From Euglena gracilis (lineage: Eukaryota): a stretch of 64,000 nt of DNA. The notes below the pieces were generated by a model, which searched no databases, had not been told where the DNA came from, and saw only the letters and a list, made by a program, of their open reading frames with translations. The translations under genes were made by a program, and so were the position numbers. Below are positions 24,749-37,822 of the stretch, piece after piece. The number at the start of each line of letters is the position of its first letter. The stretch's first letter is position 1. The DNA lies in NCBI GenBank assembly GCA_039621445.1, contig CP154954.1, positions 22,642,954-22,706,953 on the forward strand, read 5' to 3'.

Positions 24749-26076
24749 GCACTGTTGTACTTCGCTCCGTCTTCAGATAGTAAATCCAGAATTGTGAAAC
24801 TCATTCTGTCGTTCGAAGGACGATTATGATCCGCCAAATCGGGCAACAAAAAGCAGTAAGAAAGACCCCTCGAAAAAAATCAAACAACACGCCGGCAAAA
24901 GAAGCAGGACCTCACCCCCAGAGTGTGCGCAGCGCGAATGGTCAGACCGAGGGCGAAGGAAGGGAAGTAGAGGGCGGCGTAGAAGCACCAAGTGAGGCCA
25001 TGCCGTGCTGTGGTTTTTTTTGGACGGAACGGTTTTCGGAAAGACAGTTATTTTTGCACACTTCTTTAAAAAACCAACCAGGGGGGGCGGGGCACCGCCG
25101 GTGGATACCTCGGGCTCCGCACGTTGCCCTTGCGAGGCCATGCCTTGTTCACCGGCGGTGTTGTTTGTATTTGCTTGCGCCCGCTGGGCTAGGAGTCCCT
25201 GCTTAGTGCCTTGTTTCGCCAGAATTTGGCTGTTTCCTAATTTGCTCTTCGACACCCAGAAGAAAGGAACAAATACCTCATCAATTGAGAAAAGGAGAAG
25301 ACAATCAATCAGTTCAAATTATCCAGAAAGTCACGCTCGTTCAGAACCTCAGATCAAAAGATGTTTTTTTTGAAAGAATCCAATGAAAGATGCAACTTCA
25401 AGGAAGCACAGCACTGTAAACCATCAAGAGGAAGCAGCAGCAGCAGCTGGACTACCTGACGACGCGGGTGGACTGTGGCGAACCGTGGCTTCCCCCTCCC
25501 CGAAATAAATTTCCCCCACATAAATTTCCACAACCCAAAACCCAGAAAGTTATTGTCACGGACCCTGGCAGACAGTGGTCAGAAAACCACACAAGGGGCA
25601 GAAGCAACAACCACCAGGCCGCTACGGCAATTGGATACAGGCGCATGAGGGCCAACATTACTCAACACACAACGCATCCAAACGGGGAAATGGCAGCCAA
25701 AACCTTCCAAGCCATGAAGGCAACAAAGGCCATGACTGCACAACCGACCATGAAGGCATCTGCAGCTACAAAGGTAGCTGGAACAAAGGCCAAGGGGGCC
25801 ACCAGCACCAAGACCCCACAGGACATGGCAGGGGCAGAAAAGGTAAACACCCTGCACACTTTCTCACTCACATCACCCCTCAGGGGTCAAGGGTGGGGCC
25901 CCAAGAACCCCTCAAGATTTACAGTCGGCTTGGCAGCCCCAAACCCCTTCAGGCGTAAAGGAGTGGCTACCAGAGGCCCCGCAAGATTTTCAACGGGCAT
26001 GGCGTCCCAGATCAAAAGAAAAGTCAATGGGGACTGTCAAAATTTTAAGAAGGCCAATGAAGCCAAGATTGACACA

Positions 26077-26300
26077 GGCCGACAGCTCCTGTGGAAGTGG
26101 AATCATATCCTCTTGCTAGGGGAGCCTCTCCGCTGTTGTCTCCGCCGCCGCCTCTTCCTCGTCCTCCTTGTCATCTTCTGCCATCGCGGCGCTTGTCGCG
26201 ACCTTTTGCTTCCTTTTTTTCTCGGCGGTGGTGACTTCCAGCAGCGTTGTCCACGTGTCGGCCAGCCTGAAGGCACACTCTCCAGCTCTCTCGCTCAGAT
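26077..26300 (-). repeat. Second copy of a DIRS ORF1 fragment
   Basis: Nearly identical to 24284-24507; truncated at the LTR starting at 26301. Confidence 0.85.
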
Positions 26301-26597
26301 AGTGTACGTCTGATTCCCCTTTTCCCCAAAAGCTTCGCTTTCGCCTTGGTGCGGACCTACTTGGGTCAGGAAAATCAGAGTAACAAAAAACCCTTTTCCC
26401 ACTTCCCGAAGCAAAGCACAGGGAGCAGACAGGAAAAGAATAACGGACTGTAATAAGTCCGAGGAAGAAAGGCAAAACAATAATATAAAAGAATACCACC
26501 TGTGGAGTTAGAAAGGGGGAGTGAGAAGATCCTAATAGGATCTGCTCTCATGCCTACTTCCTTGTCGGAAGGGCAGAGAGCATACGCCTGGTACACA
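26301..26597 (-). repeat. 3' LTR, preceded by polypurine tract GGGAGGGGGA (26598-26607)
   Basis: Homologous to 41693-41995; minus strand reads TGTGTAC...GTACACT. Confidence 0.85.
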
Positions 26598-28672
26598 TCC
26601 CCCTCCCAGGGCCATGCCCGATTTCCCTTCTGGACCAGGAATTCTGGTCAGAGGGATGCCGGACACAGACCTGGTCTGTGGGAGGTGTACCGTGACGCAT
26701 TCTCAGGGTCCCCTTTCCATCTCACAGGGGTCCACTCAAAAACGCGGAAGGGAGGGGAACCGAAAAATCCAAAAAAGCGCAAAACGGTTTCACCTATTTT
26801 GCTAGGCTTATGGGTATAGTATATTATAGCCCGCTGGGTAAAATAGGGCTGGCAGGTTTCTTTGCTCAGCAAACCCATCCACCCAGTTTGGGTGTGCCCA
26901 AGGCACTTGGGGTTGGGTCCATGGGCATTCCACGAAAACCCATGGGGAGGGAGTGGAAGGAGGGGGGCACCTGACCAGTCAAACCTGGGCAGGGCACATG
27001 GCCAGTCAAACCTGACCACGCAAACGAAAAATCCTGCTCTACAAAACCAACTGCCGGCAACAGCATTTTGCCCCGGGGGAAATGTAGAGAGGAGTGGGGG
27101 GTTGGCTTAGGCCAGGAAACGTTGTGCTGTCTGGCAGCCTTAAGGCCTCAAACGGCAGAAAACAAAAGGAAAGGAAAAGGTGGGCCTTTGGCCCTGTGCG
27201 CTGCGTGTCGCACGCTCGCGAGAGGGGAGAGGGGAGAGGGGTGTGCGTGCATGCGCACGGAATCCTGCACATGGCAGCATCCCGGTGGGGACTTACTAGC
27301 GGCGAATACCGCAAAGGGTCTTCGAAATAGCTGTTCGGGCGAATACCCGAAGCAGGGTAGAGGACAGACAATCTGCCTTTAGGAGTGGTATATACCACGG
27401 AATAAGGCGAATACCTGATACTCACTCGTGCAACACGAAGCGAGGGTGAGTCCACTGACTCAGTGATCCTTTCTGATGCATACTAGCAGTCAGCTACGTC
27501 GTCTGTGTTTCCACGGAGCCTAGGCTGAGCAGGACATCCTGGACCCAGAGATGGGCGTCCGGAAACACGGAGGTGAGGCAGGTTTCGTCTCCACCTCCTC
27601 CATCCTGTTGCGGTGGGGGAGGATTCCGCCTGTCGGCCACGAGCCTCACCTTTCGGTTTGCCCTGACCGCAGCCAGACAATGGACGGCTGAATAGTCGTG
27701 CATCGTCGCAGGGCCTTTCGGCTGTCCGCCAGTCTGGCCTCCAGCACCACCTCTCGGTGGTTATGTCTCGTCACCGCCTTTGGTAGGGGGCTTATAGGGT
27801 GCAGCACCCGGTTTGCCTCCTTTGGGCTTCGCGCTCCCGGAAACAGGAGGCGACGCCTGCGGTTTACTCCTGTTATTAGGAGCAGATGACGCCGGAGCGG
27901 ACAGTTGCCGTCTTAGCGAAGCGGGCATAATGACCGCTGGGTTGCTCAGGACGATCCGAGGGGTAGGCACTCGTTCATTGGGCTGTTCAGCCGGCCGTCG
28001 TCGAGCAGGTTCATCCTGCCCAACGGGGCGTGGCACTGTGGCCGTCACCGGAATCGGTGCTGCCACAGGCGCTGACATTCCCATTAATACTGATACTGAT
28101 ACTGCAGGGATCCTGCGCGGTGTCGGTGGTGGTGCGGGAATCACCTCCACCTCCATCTCGACATCCGGTCAAGGAGGTTCATCCTACTCTACTGCTGTCG
28201 CCACTGCAACAGGAGGTTGCTCCTCCGTTGTAGCCGGTACGACAGATGTCTTTGTCGGCTGGGGTTCATCCCCTGATGGTGGTTGCACCGCCGGAGGTGG
28301 GGGTGTGAGGGCACCGGCATCTGGTGTCTCCACGACTTCAGTAGCGGAGCCTGATGCTACGTTGCCACCTGGTGGCGTTACCGCAGCAGCCACGGCAATA
28401 ATGCCGGTGACCACAGCGCAGAGCACACGGCCTCGTAAGGAGGTGCGTGCAGTGAGACTGGCAGGTTCCTCGAGGCTATCTTCGAGGACCATACCAACCA
28501 CGTCGGCTTGGGGCTCAGCCATTAGGACAAGCGTTGCAGCCACAGGTATATCCCCCGCGAGTGCTTCATCTGGCCAGCTGTGCCGGAGTAGGCAGAACAG
28601 CGTAGAGGAAATCCCCCACGTGCTCACCCTGCTCCTGAGGGTGTTCCCATCTCCACCTGTCGGTGGACAAAC

Positions 28673-31600
28673 GGAATTTGAAAAAATTTGGAAGAAAAAG
28701 CTACCGACGTTCATGGTGATCATGACTCCGCTCCCAGCTTCCGCGATTCAGATCATGAACACTCACGAATATGAAAATTTTTCACGAGAAGAGCGACAAA
28801 AATCATGGTAATCATGATTCCAATCACGATTTCCGCGATTCAGATCGCGACATTCGCGAATCTGAAAATTTTTTTCGCAGGAAATGCGACGGATTTCATG
28901 GTAATCATGATTCGAATCGCGATTTCCGCGATTCAGATCGCGGCATTCGCGGATCTGAAAATTTTTCGCGGGAAATGCGACGGAAATCATGGTAATCATG
29001 ATTCCGATCGCGATATCCGCGATTCAGATCGCGGCATTCGCGAATCTGAAAATTTTCGCGGGAAATGCGACGGAAATCATGGTAATCATGATTTTGATCA
29101 CGATTTCCGCGACTCAGATCGCGACATTCGCGAATCTGAAAATTTTTCGAGGGAAATGCGACGGAAATCATGGTAATCATGATTCCGATTGCGATTTCCG
29201 CGATTCAGACCGCGACATTCGCGAATCTGAAAATTGTTCGGCAGGAAATGCGACGTATATCATGGTAATCATGATTCCGATCGCGATTTCCGCGAATCTG
29301 AAAAATTTTCGCGGGAAATGCGACGGAAATCATGGTAATCATGATCTTGATCGCGATTTCCGCGATTCAGATCGCGACATTCGCGGATGTGAAAAATTTT
29401 CGCGGGAAATGCGACGGAAATCATGGTAATCATGATTCCGATCGCGATTTCCGCGATTTAGACCGCGACATTCGAAAATCTGAAAAATTTTCGCGGGAAA
29501 TGCGACGGAAATCATGGTAATCATGATTCCGATCGCGATTTCCGCGATTCAGATCGCGACATTCGCGGATGTGAAAAATTTTCGCGGGAAATGCGACGGA
29601 AATCATGGTAATCATGATTCCGATCGCGATTTCCGCGATTTAGACCGCGACATTCGAAAATCTGAAAAATGTTTTCGCGGGAAATGCGACGGATATCATG
29701 GTAATCATGATTCCGATTCCTGATTGCCGGGATTCATATCGCGACATTCGCGAATCTGAAAATTTTTCGCGGGAAATGCGACGGAAATCATGGTAATCAT
29801 GAGTCCGATCGCGATTTCTGCGATTCAGATCACGGCGTTCGCGAATCTGAAAATTTTTCGCGGGAAATGCGACGGAAATCATGGTAATCATGATTCCGAT
29901 CGCGATTTCCGCGACTCAGATCGCGACTTTCGCGAATCTGAAAAAATTTCGCGGGAAATGTGACAGAAATCATGGAAATCATGATTCCGATTGCGATTTC
30001 CGCGATTCAGACCGCGACATTCGCGAATCTGAAAATTTTTCGCGGGAAATGCGACGGATATCATGGTAATCATGATTCCGATCACGATTTCCGCGAATCT
30101 GAAAAATTTTCGCGGGAAATGCGACGGAAATCAATGTAATCATGATTCGAATCGCGATTTCCGCGATTCAGATCGCGGCATTCGCGGATCTGAAAATTTT
30201 TCGCGGGAAATGCGACGGAAATCATGGTGAATCATGATTCCGATCGCGATATCCGCGATTCAGATCGCGACATTCGCGAATCTGAAAATTTTTCGCGGGA
30301 AATGCGACAGAAATCATGGTAATCATGATTCCGTTTGCGATTTCCGCGATTCAGACCGCGACATTCGCGAATCTGAAAATTGTTCGGCAGGAAATGCGAC
30401 GTATATCATGGTAATCATGATTCCGATCGCGATTTCTGCGAATTTGAAAATTTTTCGCGGGAAATGCGACGGAAATCATGGTAATCATGATTCCGATCGC
30501 GATTTCCGCGATTCAGATCGCGACATTCGCGGTTGTGAAACATTTTCGCGGGAAATGCGACGGAAATCATGGTAATCATGATTCCGATCGCTATTTCCGC
30601 GATTCAGACCGCGACATTCGAAAATCTGAAACATTTTTCGCGGGAAATGCGACGGATATCATGGTAATCATGATTCCGATCGTGATTGCCGGGATTCATA
30701 TCGCGATATTCGCGAATCTGAAAATTTTTCGCGGGAAATGCGACGGAAATCATGGTAATCATGATTCCGATCGCGATTTCCGCAACTCAGATCGCGACTT
30801 TCGCGAATCTGAAAAATTTTCGCGGGAAATGCGACGGAAATCATGGAAATCATGATTCCGATTGCGATTTCCGCGATTCAGACCGCGACATTCGCGAATC
30901 TGAAAATTTTTCGTGGGAAATGCGACGGATATCATGGTAATCATGATTCCGATCGCGATTTCCGCGAATCTGAAAAATTTTCGCGGGAAATGCGACGGAA
31001 ATCATGGTAATCGTGATTCCGATCGTGATTGCCGCGATTCATATCGCGACATTCGCGAATCTGAAAATTTTTCGCGGGAAATGCGACGGAAATCATGGTA
31101 ATCATGATTCCTATCGTGATTTCCGCGACTCAGATCGCGACATTCGCGAGTCTGAAAATTTTTCGCGGGAAATGCGACGGAAATCATGGTAATCATGAGT
31201 CCGATCGCGATTTCTGCGATTCAGATCACGGCATTCGTGAATCTGAAAATTTTTCGCGGGAAATGCGACGGAAATCATGGTAATCATGATTCCGATCGCG
31301 ATTTCCGCGATTTAGACCGCGACATTCGAAAATCTGAAAATTTTTTTCGCGGGAAATGCGACAGATATCATGGTAATCATGATTCCGATCGTGATTGCCG
31401 GGATTCATATCGCGACATTCGCGAATCTGAAAATTTTTCGCGGGAAATGCGACGGAAATCATGGTAATCATGAGTCCGATCGCGATTTCTGCGATTCAGA
31501 TCACGGCGTTCGCGAATCTGAAAATTTTTCGCGGGAAATGCGACGGAAATCATGGTAATCATGATTCCGATCGCGATTTCCGCGACTCAGATCGCGACTT

Positions 31601-34600
31601 TCGCGAATCTGAAAAAATTTCGCGGGAAATGTGACAGAAATCATGGAAATCATGATTCCGATTGCGATTTCCGCGATTCAGACCGCGACATTCGCGAATC
31701 TGAAAATTTTTCGCGGGAAATGCGACGGATATCATGGTAATCATGATTCCGATCACGATTTCCGCGAATCTGAAAAATTTTCGCGGGAAATGCGACGGAA
31801 ATCATGGTAATCATGATTCGAATCGCGATTTCCGCGATTCAGATCGCGGCATTCGCGGATCTGAAAATTTTTCGCAAGAAATGCGACGGAAATCATGGTG
31901 AATCATGATTCCGATCGCGATATCCGCGATTCAGATCGCGACATTCGCGAATCTGAAAATTTTTCGCGGGAAATGCGACAGAAATCATGGTAATCATGAT
32001 TCCGTTTGCGATTTCCGCGATTCAGACCGCGACATTCGCGAATCTGAAAATTGTTCGCCAGGAAATGCGACGTATATCATGGTAATCATGATTCCGATCG
32101 CGATTTCCGCGAATTTGAAAATTTTTCGCGGGAAATGCGACGGAAATCATGGTAATCATGATTCCGATCGCGATTTCCGCGATTCAGATCGCGACATTCG
32201 CGGTTGTGAAAAATTTTCGCGGGAAATGCGACGGAAATCATGGTAATCATGATTCCGATCGCTATTTCCGCGATTCAGACCGCGACATTCGAAAATCTGA
32301 AACATTTTTCGCGGGAAATGCGACGGATATCATCGTAATCATGATTCCGATCGTGATTGCCGGGATTCATATCGCGATATTCGCGAATCTGAAAATTTTT
32401 CGCGGGAAATGCGACGGAAATCATGGTAATCATGATTCCGATCGCGATTTCCGCAACTCAGATCGCGAATTTCGCGAACCTGAAAAATTTTCGCGGGAAA
32501 TGCGACGGAAATCATGGAAATCATGATTCCGATTGCGATTTCCGCGATTCAGACCGCGACATTCGCGAATCTGAAAATTTTTCGTGGGAAATGCGACGGA
32601 TATCATGGTAATCATGATTCCGATCGCGATTTCCGCGAATCTGAAAAATTTTCGCGGGAAATGCGACGGAAATCATGGTAATCGTGATTCCGATCGTGAT
32701 TGCCGCGATTCATATCGCGACATTCGCGAATCTGAAAATTTTTCGCGGGAAATGCGACGGAAATCATGGTAATCATGATTCCTATCGTGATTTCCGCGAC
32801 TCAGATCGCGACATTCGCGAATCTGAAAATTTTTCGCGGGAAATGCGACGGAAATCATGGTAATCATGAGTCCGATCGCGATTTCTGCGATTCAGATCAC
32901 GGCATTCGTGAATCTGAAAATTTTCGCGGGAAATGCGACGGAAATCATGGTAATCATGATTCCGATCGCGATTTCCGCGATTTAGACCGCGACATTCGAA
33001 AATCTGAAAAATTTTTTCGCGGGAAATGCGACGGATATCATGGTAATCATGATTCCGATCGTGATTGCCGGGATTCATATCGCGACATTCGCGAATCTGA
33101 AAATTTTTCGCGGGAAATGCGACGGAAATCATGGTAATCATGAGTCCGATCGCGATTTCTGCGATTCAGATCACGGCGTTCGCGAATCTGAAAATTTTTC
33201 GCGGGAAATGCGACGGAAATCATGGTAATCATGATTCCGATCGCGATTTCCGCGACTCAGATCGCGACTTTCGCGAATCTGAAAAAATTTCGCGGGAAAT
33301 GTGACAGAAATCATGGAAATCATGATTCCGATTGCGATTTCCGCGATTCAGACCGCGACATTCGCGAATCTGAAAATTTTTCGCGGGAAATGCGACGGAT
33401 ATCATGGTAATCATGATTCCGATCACGATTTCCGCGAATCTGAAAAATTTTCGCGGGAAATGCGACGGAAATCATGGTAATCATGATTCGAATCGCGATT
33501 TCCGCGATTCAGATCGCGGCATTCGCGGATCTGAAAATTTTTCGCGGGAAATGCGACGGAAATCATGGTGAATCATGATTCCGATCGCGATATCCGCGAT
33601 TCAGATCGCGACATTCGCGAATCTGAAAATTTTTCGCGGGAAATGCGACGGAAATCATGGTAATCATGATTCCGTTTGCGATTTCCGCGATTCAGACCGC
33701 GACATTCGCGAATCTGAAAATTGTTCGGCAGGAAATGCGACGTATATCATGGTAATCATGATTCCGATCGCGATTTCCGCGAATTTGAAAATTTTTCGCG
33801 GGAAATGCGACAGAAATCATGGTAATCATGATTCCGATCGCGATTTCCGCGATTCAGATCGCGACATTCGCGGATGTGAAAAATTTTCGCGGGAAATGCG
33901 ACGGAAATCATGGTAATCATGATTCCGATCGCTATTTCCGCGATTCAGACCGCGACATTCGAAAATCTGAAACATTTTTCGCGGGAAATGCGACAGATAT
34001 CATGGTAATCATGATTCCGATCGTGATTGCCGGGATTCATATCGCGATATTCGCGAATCTGAAAATTTTTCGCGGGAAATGCGACGGAAATCATGGTAAT
34101 CATGATTCCGATCGCGATTTCCGCAACTCAGATCGCGACTTTCGCGAACCTGAAAAATTTTCGCGGGAAATGCGACGGAAATCATGGAAATCATGATTCC
34201 GATCGCGATTTCCGCGATTCAGACCGCGACATTCGCGAATCTGAAAATTTTTCGTGGGAAATGCGACGGATATCATGGTAATCATGATTCCGATCGCGAT
34301 TTCCGCGAATCTGAAAAATTGTCTCGGGAAATGCGACGGAAATCATGGTAATCGTGATTCCGATCGTGATTGCCGGGATTCATATCGCGACATTCGCGAA
34401 TCTGAAAATTTTTCGCGGGAAATGCGACGGAAATCATGGTAATCATGAGTCCGATCGCGATTTCTGCGATTCAGATCACGGCATTCGTGAATCTGAAAAT
34501 TTTTCGCGGGAAATGCGACGGAAATCATGGTAATCATGATTCCGATCGCGATTTCCGCGACTCAGATCGCGACTTTCGCGAATCTGAAAAATTTTCGCGG

Positions 34601-36097
34601 GAAATGCGACGGAAATCATGGAAATCATGATTCCGATTGCGATTTCCGCGATTCAGACCGCGACATTCGCGAATCTGAAAATTTTTCGCGGGAAATGCGA
34701 CGGATATCATGGTAATCATGATTCCGATCGCGATTTCCGCGAATCTGAAAAATTTTTGCGGGAAATGCGACCGAAATCATGGTAATCGTGATTCTGATCG
34801 TGATTGCCGCGATTCATATCGCGACATTCGCGAATCTGAAAATTTTTCGCGGGAAATGCGACGGAAATCATGATTTCCGCGACTCAGATCGCGACATTCG
34901 CGAATCTGAAAATTTTTCACGGGAAATGCGACGGAAATCATGGTAATCATGATTCCGATCGTGATTTCCGCGATTCAGACCGCGACATTCACGAATCTGA
35001 AAATTTTTTCGCGGGAAATGCGACGGATTTCATGGTAATCATGATTCCGATCGTGTCGGCCGCGATTCAGATCGCGACATTGGCGAATCTGAAGATTTTT
35101 CGCGGGAAATGCGACGGAAATCATGGTAATCGTGATTCCGATCGTGATTTCCGCGATTCAGATCGCGACATTCGCGAATCTGAAAATTTTCGCGGGAAAT
35201 GCGACGGAAATCATGGTACTCATGATTCCAGTCGCGATTTCCGCGATTCATATCGCGACATTCGCGAATCTAAAAAATTTTTCGCGGGAAATGCGACGGA
35301 TATCATTGTAATCATGATTCCGATCGCGATTTCCGCGATTCGGATGGCGACATTCGCGAATCTGAAAAATTTTCGCGGGAAATGCGACGGAAGTCATGGT
35401 AATCATGATTCCGATCGTGTTTGCCGCGATTCAGATCGCGACATTCGCGAATCTGAAAATTTTTCGCGGGAAATGCGACAGAAATCATGGTAATCATGAT
35501 TCCGATCGCGATTTTGGCGACTCAGATCGCGACTTTCGCGAGTCTGAAAAATTTTCGCGGGAAATGCGACGGAAATCATGGTAATCATGATTCCGATCGC
35601 GATTTCCGCGACTCAGATCGCGACTTTCGAAATTTGAAAATTTTTCGCGGGATATGCGACGGAAATCATGTCAATCATGATTCCGATCGCGATTTCCGCG
35701 ATTCAGACCGCGACACTCGCGAATCTGAAAAATTTTCGCGGGAAATGCGACGGAAATCATGGTGATCATGATTCCGATCGTGATTGCCGCGATTCATATC
35801 GTGACATTCGCGAATCTGAAAATTTTTGGCAGGAAATGTGACGGAAATCATGGTAATCATGAGTCCGATCGCGATTTCCGTGATTCAGATCACGGCATTC
35901 GCGAATCTGAAAATTTTTCGCGGGAAATTCGACGGAAATCATGGTAATCATGGTTCCGATCGCGATTTCCGCGATTCATATCGCTACATTCGCGAATCTG
36001 AACATTTTTCGCGGGAAATGCGACGGAAATCATGGTAATAATGATTCCTATCGCGATTTCCGCGATTCAGATCGCGGCATTCGCGGTTCTGAAATAT
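28673..36097. repeat. 91-bp CpG-rich satellite (~80 monomers, with 70-bp deletion variants) with ~1670-bp higher-order repeat
   Basis: Monomer AATCTGAAAATTTTTCGCGGGAAATGCGACGGAAATCATGGTAATCATGATTCCGATCGCGATTTCCGCGATTCAGATCGCGACATTCGCG; identical variant patterns at 29881, 31552 and 33222. Confidence 0.97.
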
Positions 36098-36699
36098 TTA
36101 TTAGCATTGTGTGCTGAATGGATACATACCCATTCCATAACATTCCAGATGGAGGTGTGGACGGTGTGTGAAACAGATTTCGCGCTTCCAAACATCAAGG
36201 CAACACCTCGTTGTTGGAGTACTTGATGTACGGTCGCGCATTGCAAACCGTACCCAAGTATTGGTTGTGCGTGAAATCAGTGTTAGTGTCGTTTTTTGAA
36301 CTGAACATGCAGAAAGAAAACATGGCAAAGCGGAAATTCTCCTTGAGTGCACACATTGGCTGGGGTTGTCAGAGTAGTTGTCCTGGTTGCGCATGTCGGT
36401 TTGGTGGGGTGTGTGTGTAATAATGGGGGTGCGCATTTGTAGCTGCTGGGGGGTGTACAGATGTGTCTGAAATCGACACATCTGGTGGAAAACGGGGTGT
36501 TTGTGCAGCTGGGCGACTACTCGACACCGTACGGACTTCTCGCCTTTGGGCTTTCGTCTTGGAACCCAGTGAAACGTGGGAGGTGTACCGCTACTTGCTT
36601 GCGCTACTTGCTTGCCCTGCCTCATGGGGAACGAAAGTTGGTGTGTGGTTGGGCAGGGGGGTAACTTTCTCGGTACACCCGGTGTAGAAAACGTTGGTA

Positions 36700-36900
36700 G
36701 GTGTGGTGGAAAACGGGGTAAAAGTTTTTGAAAACGGTGTGGTAAATTTGGTGGTCGTCGCGGTTGACGCCACAGGTAATGGGGAGTTTGGAAGGCAATG
36801 AAGAGTATGGAGTTGTGTGCAAACAGCAGGAGCGGGTATCCACTGCTAGCTGGTACTGACGTAACAGGGCTATCCCAAACTTACGCCAGCACCAAGAATT
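36700..36900 (-). pseudogene. Possible aspartic protease relic
   Basis: YQLAVDTRSCC resembles hydrophobic-D-T-G-S with G>R; positioned downstream of gag. Confidence 0.35.
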
Positions 36901-37822
36901 TTGTGAAACCGACCCAAGTACCCCGAAAATTTTAGCTAGGTGGGGGTTGTGCATGATTTTGGGACTGATGGGTAGGACACTGTCCAAAATGCGTCCCAAT
37001 CACCGACACACAAGGGGGGGGGGTGCTAAGGAAAAGCACTGGCGTGAAAAATCAAATTTTACGCTTTGGGTAAAAATTGTGGAAATTTTGGAACTTTGAT
37101 TCCGCTTGGAGAGCTAGTGTCGTGGGGTTAGGGAAAGTGAAGGGTATGGCTCAAAATTCGATTGCTTGCCAAGTTCTCCTTGACCCTTTCTGCCTTTGCT
37201 TAACTTTCCGAGCGGAAATTTGGGAGTGGGGGGGGCGCGAAAATTTTCTGGGTACTTACCCCAAAAGCCGATAGCCAAAAGCCAAAAGCCGATGCACAAG
37301 GGGGGGGGAGGGTTCATGACGTCCTACATCCATCTGTTTATCAGCCCAGAGTCCGTCCCTTCGGTTTTCGGGGTCCCCTCACTCCAGGTCAGAACCGTCC
37401 AAATAGCTGGTGGCGGGCCGTTTGGAGGTATAGGCTGAGGTCAACGTGCGCACCGCCATGCGGGCTTCGTTGAAGTCAGCATCCGAGGTCACATCCCCCT
37501 CCCTGCCAGAAGCCGGGGTTTCCTCCTCCAAACAAGATAACTTGAAACCGACTTTATGGCGGTCGGAGGAGTGAACGTTGTCACCGCGATACATACCGCG
37601 ATGGCGTTGGCCCGGCCGGGGGGAACGAGATCTTTGGCATTGGGATGAGTGGTGATCACTCGATCCGTATTGTGAACAACGAGATTTGTGACGAGATTCG
37701 AAATGGCGGGGTGATCGGTTTCCCGATTTACCGTCAAACCGCCGTGGTGAACGGGCATTCTGTTGACCATGACTCGTGTATCTGGGTTCTCCCGATGAAG
37801 ATGACGAAGAGGATGATCCGCT

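Larger units (their letters stand above)
20271..24943 (-). mobile_element. DIRS-type tyrosine-recombinase retrotransposon, degenerate
   Basis: gag-RT-RH-MTase-YR order; diverged ITRs 20326-20415 / 24833-24915; ICR 20577-20648 complementary to both ends (20271-20306 and 24910-24943). Confidence 0.88.

Noticed and set aside
25468-26313. Lys/Ala-rich ORF resembling histone H1 (AMKATKAM...)
   Set aside because: Short compositional similarity only; runs into an antisense DIRS fragment
27761-28811. Pro/Thr/Ala-rich ORFs near the 3' LTR as env-like gene
   Set aside because: Low complexity, open on both strands, no diagnostic motif
28673-36097. CRISPR array or the many short ORFs in the satellite
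   Set aside because: No unique spacers and no cas genes; the 91-bp period is not a multiple of 3, so the ORFs are repeat artefacts
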